From Thelocarpon superellum (taxonomy: Eukaryota): a stretch of 52,408 nucleotides of DNA. The position numbers and the translations under genes are program-made. Shown here piece by piece: positions 50,078-52,408 of the stretch (positions are counted from its first letter, which is position 1; each line of letters opens with the position of its first letter). Below the pieces are notes generated by a model. The model was not told the origin of the DNA. It saw only the letters and a program-made list of their open reading frames with translations, and did no database searches. The stretch lies in assembly GCA_026025795.1 (NCBI GenBank), contig JAPEUG010000083.1, positions 1 to 52,408 on the forward strand. The letters run 5' to 3'.

Positions 50078-51578
50078 CTACGCTGTATCATCCGGTACTT
50101 TGAAACTACCACGATGTCAGTACTTTTCAAGCGAGGTAGGGAAGCCGGGCGACGGAGGGGGGGCGGGAAAAGGGCAAACACACCTCCACTCATGCTCGTC
50201 GTCCCCGTATTGCCTCGCTTCTATCCACTGCTTCATTCGCGATGCAATAGGGCCCGCTTCTTCTTCGGCCTTGAGGCCACAAGGCACGAGACTTCCATTC
50301 CAGCTGACGTTCCGGATCGGACTCACGACCGCGGCAGTGCCGGATCCAAAGACTTCCAGCAGACGCCCGTCGGCTGCCCCTTCCGCAATCTCCTTCATGG
50401 TGATGTCGCGCTCCGAGATGAGCCAGCCGTCCGGCCCGAGTTTCTCGCGTGCGAGCCCGAGGATGGAGTCGCGCGTGACGCCGGGAAGAATGGTGCCGTC
50501 GAGTGGGGGCGTGACGAGTTCGTTTTGTCCCGTGGACTTGTCCTTGATGGCCACGAACACATTCATCGTGCCGACTTCGGTCACGTAGCCCTCTTCGCCG
50601 AAAAGCCAGAGGTTCTGCGCGAAGCCGCGCCGGGCCGCTTCGAGCTGTGGCACGATGCACGGCGCGTAGTTCGCGCCGAGCTTCATGCCACCGACACCTC
50701 CGGGCCAGGCACGAACTGCGTAGTCGGTTGCTTCGAGCGAGATCGCTTTGAAGCCGGTGGGATAGTAGGGGCCGACGGGGGAGGCGATGACGAAGAGGAG
50801 GGCGGATCCGGGCGGGCCTACGCCAAGCGTTCGCTGGGTTCCAATCATCGTCGGCCGGATGTAGAGGGAGTAGCCGCGCATTCTATGCAGGTAAGCATCC
50901 AGTGTAACAGCTCTGCTTAGGCCTTCAGACGACGTACGAGGGAATGAATCTCCGCTCGAGCGAGACGAATTTCGCAATGAGCTCGGTCAGAGCAGGCCCG
51001 TCAAAGGTAGGCAGGGCGAGTCGGGCCGACGAGTTATTGAACCGCGCCATGTTCTTATCCGGTCGGAAGAGTCGGATCTGACCCTGCTTATCTTGGTAGG
51101 CTTTCATGCCTTCGAATGCCTCGAAGGCGTAGTGAAAGACACATGTGGCTGGGTCGAGACTCAGATTTTGGTAAGGGGTGATTCGCGGTGCTAGCCATCC
51201 TTGGGACGCCGTCCATTCCATCGATAGCATATGGTCTTACGATACCTCTCCCATTAGCGATCTAATCCACAGCTTCATACAGCCAAGTCTTACAAACCAC
51301 ATACCAGTGAATGTCCGACCAAAGACCAATTCCTCGGGCTTGTGCAGCGGTTGCGGAGTCGTGGTTCGGGTAATGGACAGGGCTGAAGGATCGAGTGAAT
51401 TCAACACTGGTGCTGAAGTCGAGTCCACCTTGACACCGTATGATCGCCTGGTGCACTGTTCTATGCATTTTCTTGACGGCTTCGTGGCGGACGAGGGGAA
51501 AGCCCGGGCCGTTGATGGAGCGGAAGCTTGACGGCACCAAGTGGGGCCTCTTGCTACCATCCGCCGGAAGGAGTCCAT
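50078..51578 (-). CDS. BAT1: Branched-chain amino-acid aminotransferase, mitochondrial
   Basis: [44 protein letters not shown] (PLP Lys), [26 protein letters not shown]; three introns. Confidence 0.96.
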
Positions 51579-51652
51579 GATATTTGAGATCGAAGATTCC
51601 TCCCCTAGGACACGATCTGATAGAGAGGGGTGGAAGGTCCAGAGCGGGGCCC

Positions 51653-51740
51653 TTTATAAAGCTCCCATGCCGGGATGTTGACGACTTGAGTCATGCGAGC
51701 TTGAATACCAATTAGCCTCCGAACATCGGCCGCCCTTCGG
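51653..51740 (-). promoter_or_regulatory. BAT1 promoter: TATAAA, Gcn4/CpcA element TGACTCA, two CCG-N5-CGG (Leu3/LeuB-like) sites
   Basis: TATAAA (minus) 51653-51658; TGAGTCA 51687-51693; CCGAACATCGG 51719-51729; CCGCCCTTCGG 51730-51740. Confidence 0.65.
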
Positions 51741-52408
51741 TTCGCCAATGGCTAAACGATGGCCGGTATGTTAGTTGTTTGCCATTGAGTGCACACCTCT
51801 CTACATCCGGGATCATTACCAATGAGTGCGGGTGCTCCAGGACCAACGTACGAAGTACCGAGCTGCTTTATTCATGAGCGATACTTCAAAATATCCATGA
51901 GTCTTGATGATGTTCAACTGATCAACAAACCTGGGACAACCAAAGGACGTGAGGTTGGCGAGTTGTGGCTCAAAAATAGGCTCGCAGTCCCAGCACAGTC
52001 CACTTAATCCAGGTTTATTTAGGTTTATCTTGTTTTGTCCAGCGCAATACTCTCTTCCCACAACTCCGCCATGGGAAACGATCACTATTTCTGCGAATGC
52101 TGACGATCAGGTAGGTGCTCTTTTCACTTCGTTCCACGATTTGATGGTAGACTCGTACATGTGGTGAAGATATTGCGAACGCATCCGGGTGGCCAAGTGG
52201 AATAGTAACAGCGGCATCTTCCGCTGCCTTAGTTCAGGCCAAGTCCACGGTCCAGGAGGGACATGTACGAGTAGCACAGACCCGACCAACCGAACTTATC
52301 TAGAGCAGGGAAGGGGTCGGTCGACATGAGTCTATGTGAGCTTGACGATACTCGATTTCAGGATGATTAATTGCCGTGAGTGGCTGCCAGCCCAGCTTCC
52401 GAAATTCT

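Noticed and set aside
51816..52408. Minus-strand ORF fragments at the right edge
   Set aside because: Could be the 3' end of a gene outside the window, but no motif supports a call

Overview
Gene-dense, GC-rich nuclear DNA of a filamentous ascomycete (Pezizomycotina-type genes, short ~45-145 nt GT-AG introns with CTRAC/CTAAC branch sites). About 21 spliced protein genes can be reconstructed by hand: mitochondrial ProRS (partial), MAK21, a hotdog thioesterase, VMA5, MET14, an amino-acid permease, GCV1, NUP84, CMC4, SUMO, a PMC1-type Ca2+-ATPase, an HD-domain cyanamide hydratase, a Cys-rich GPI-type protein, VMA13, a 3-LIM protein, an Hsp31/DJ-1 protein, a Cys-rich membrane protein, complex I ESSS subunit, BAT1, plus two hypotheticals and a probable F-box/LRR pseudogene. 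Highlights not visible in the ORF track: (1) a candidate H/ACA snoRNA (snR11-like, guide arms complementary to the LSU rRNA site around yeast Psi2416) lying tail-to-tail with a micro-exon CMC4 gene, the arrangement I recall from S. cerevisiae; (2) a 1-nt frameshift removing the conserved C-terminus of the cyanamide hydratase; (3) a modular NGY / TxxxNG repeat insert in a GPI-type wall protein; (4) a compact Gcn4/CpcA + Leu3/LeuB-like promoter at BAT1. No tRNA, rRNA, CRISPR or intact transposon was recognised, and I found no convincing novel multi-gene system. All calls come from manual reading; no database searches were run.
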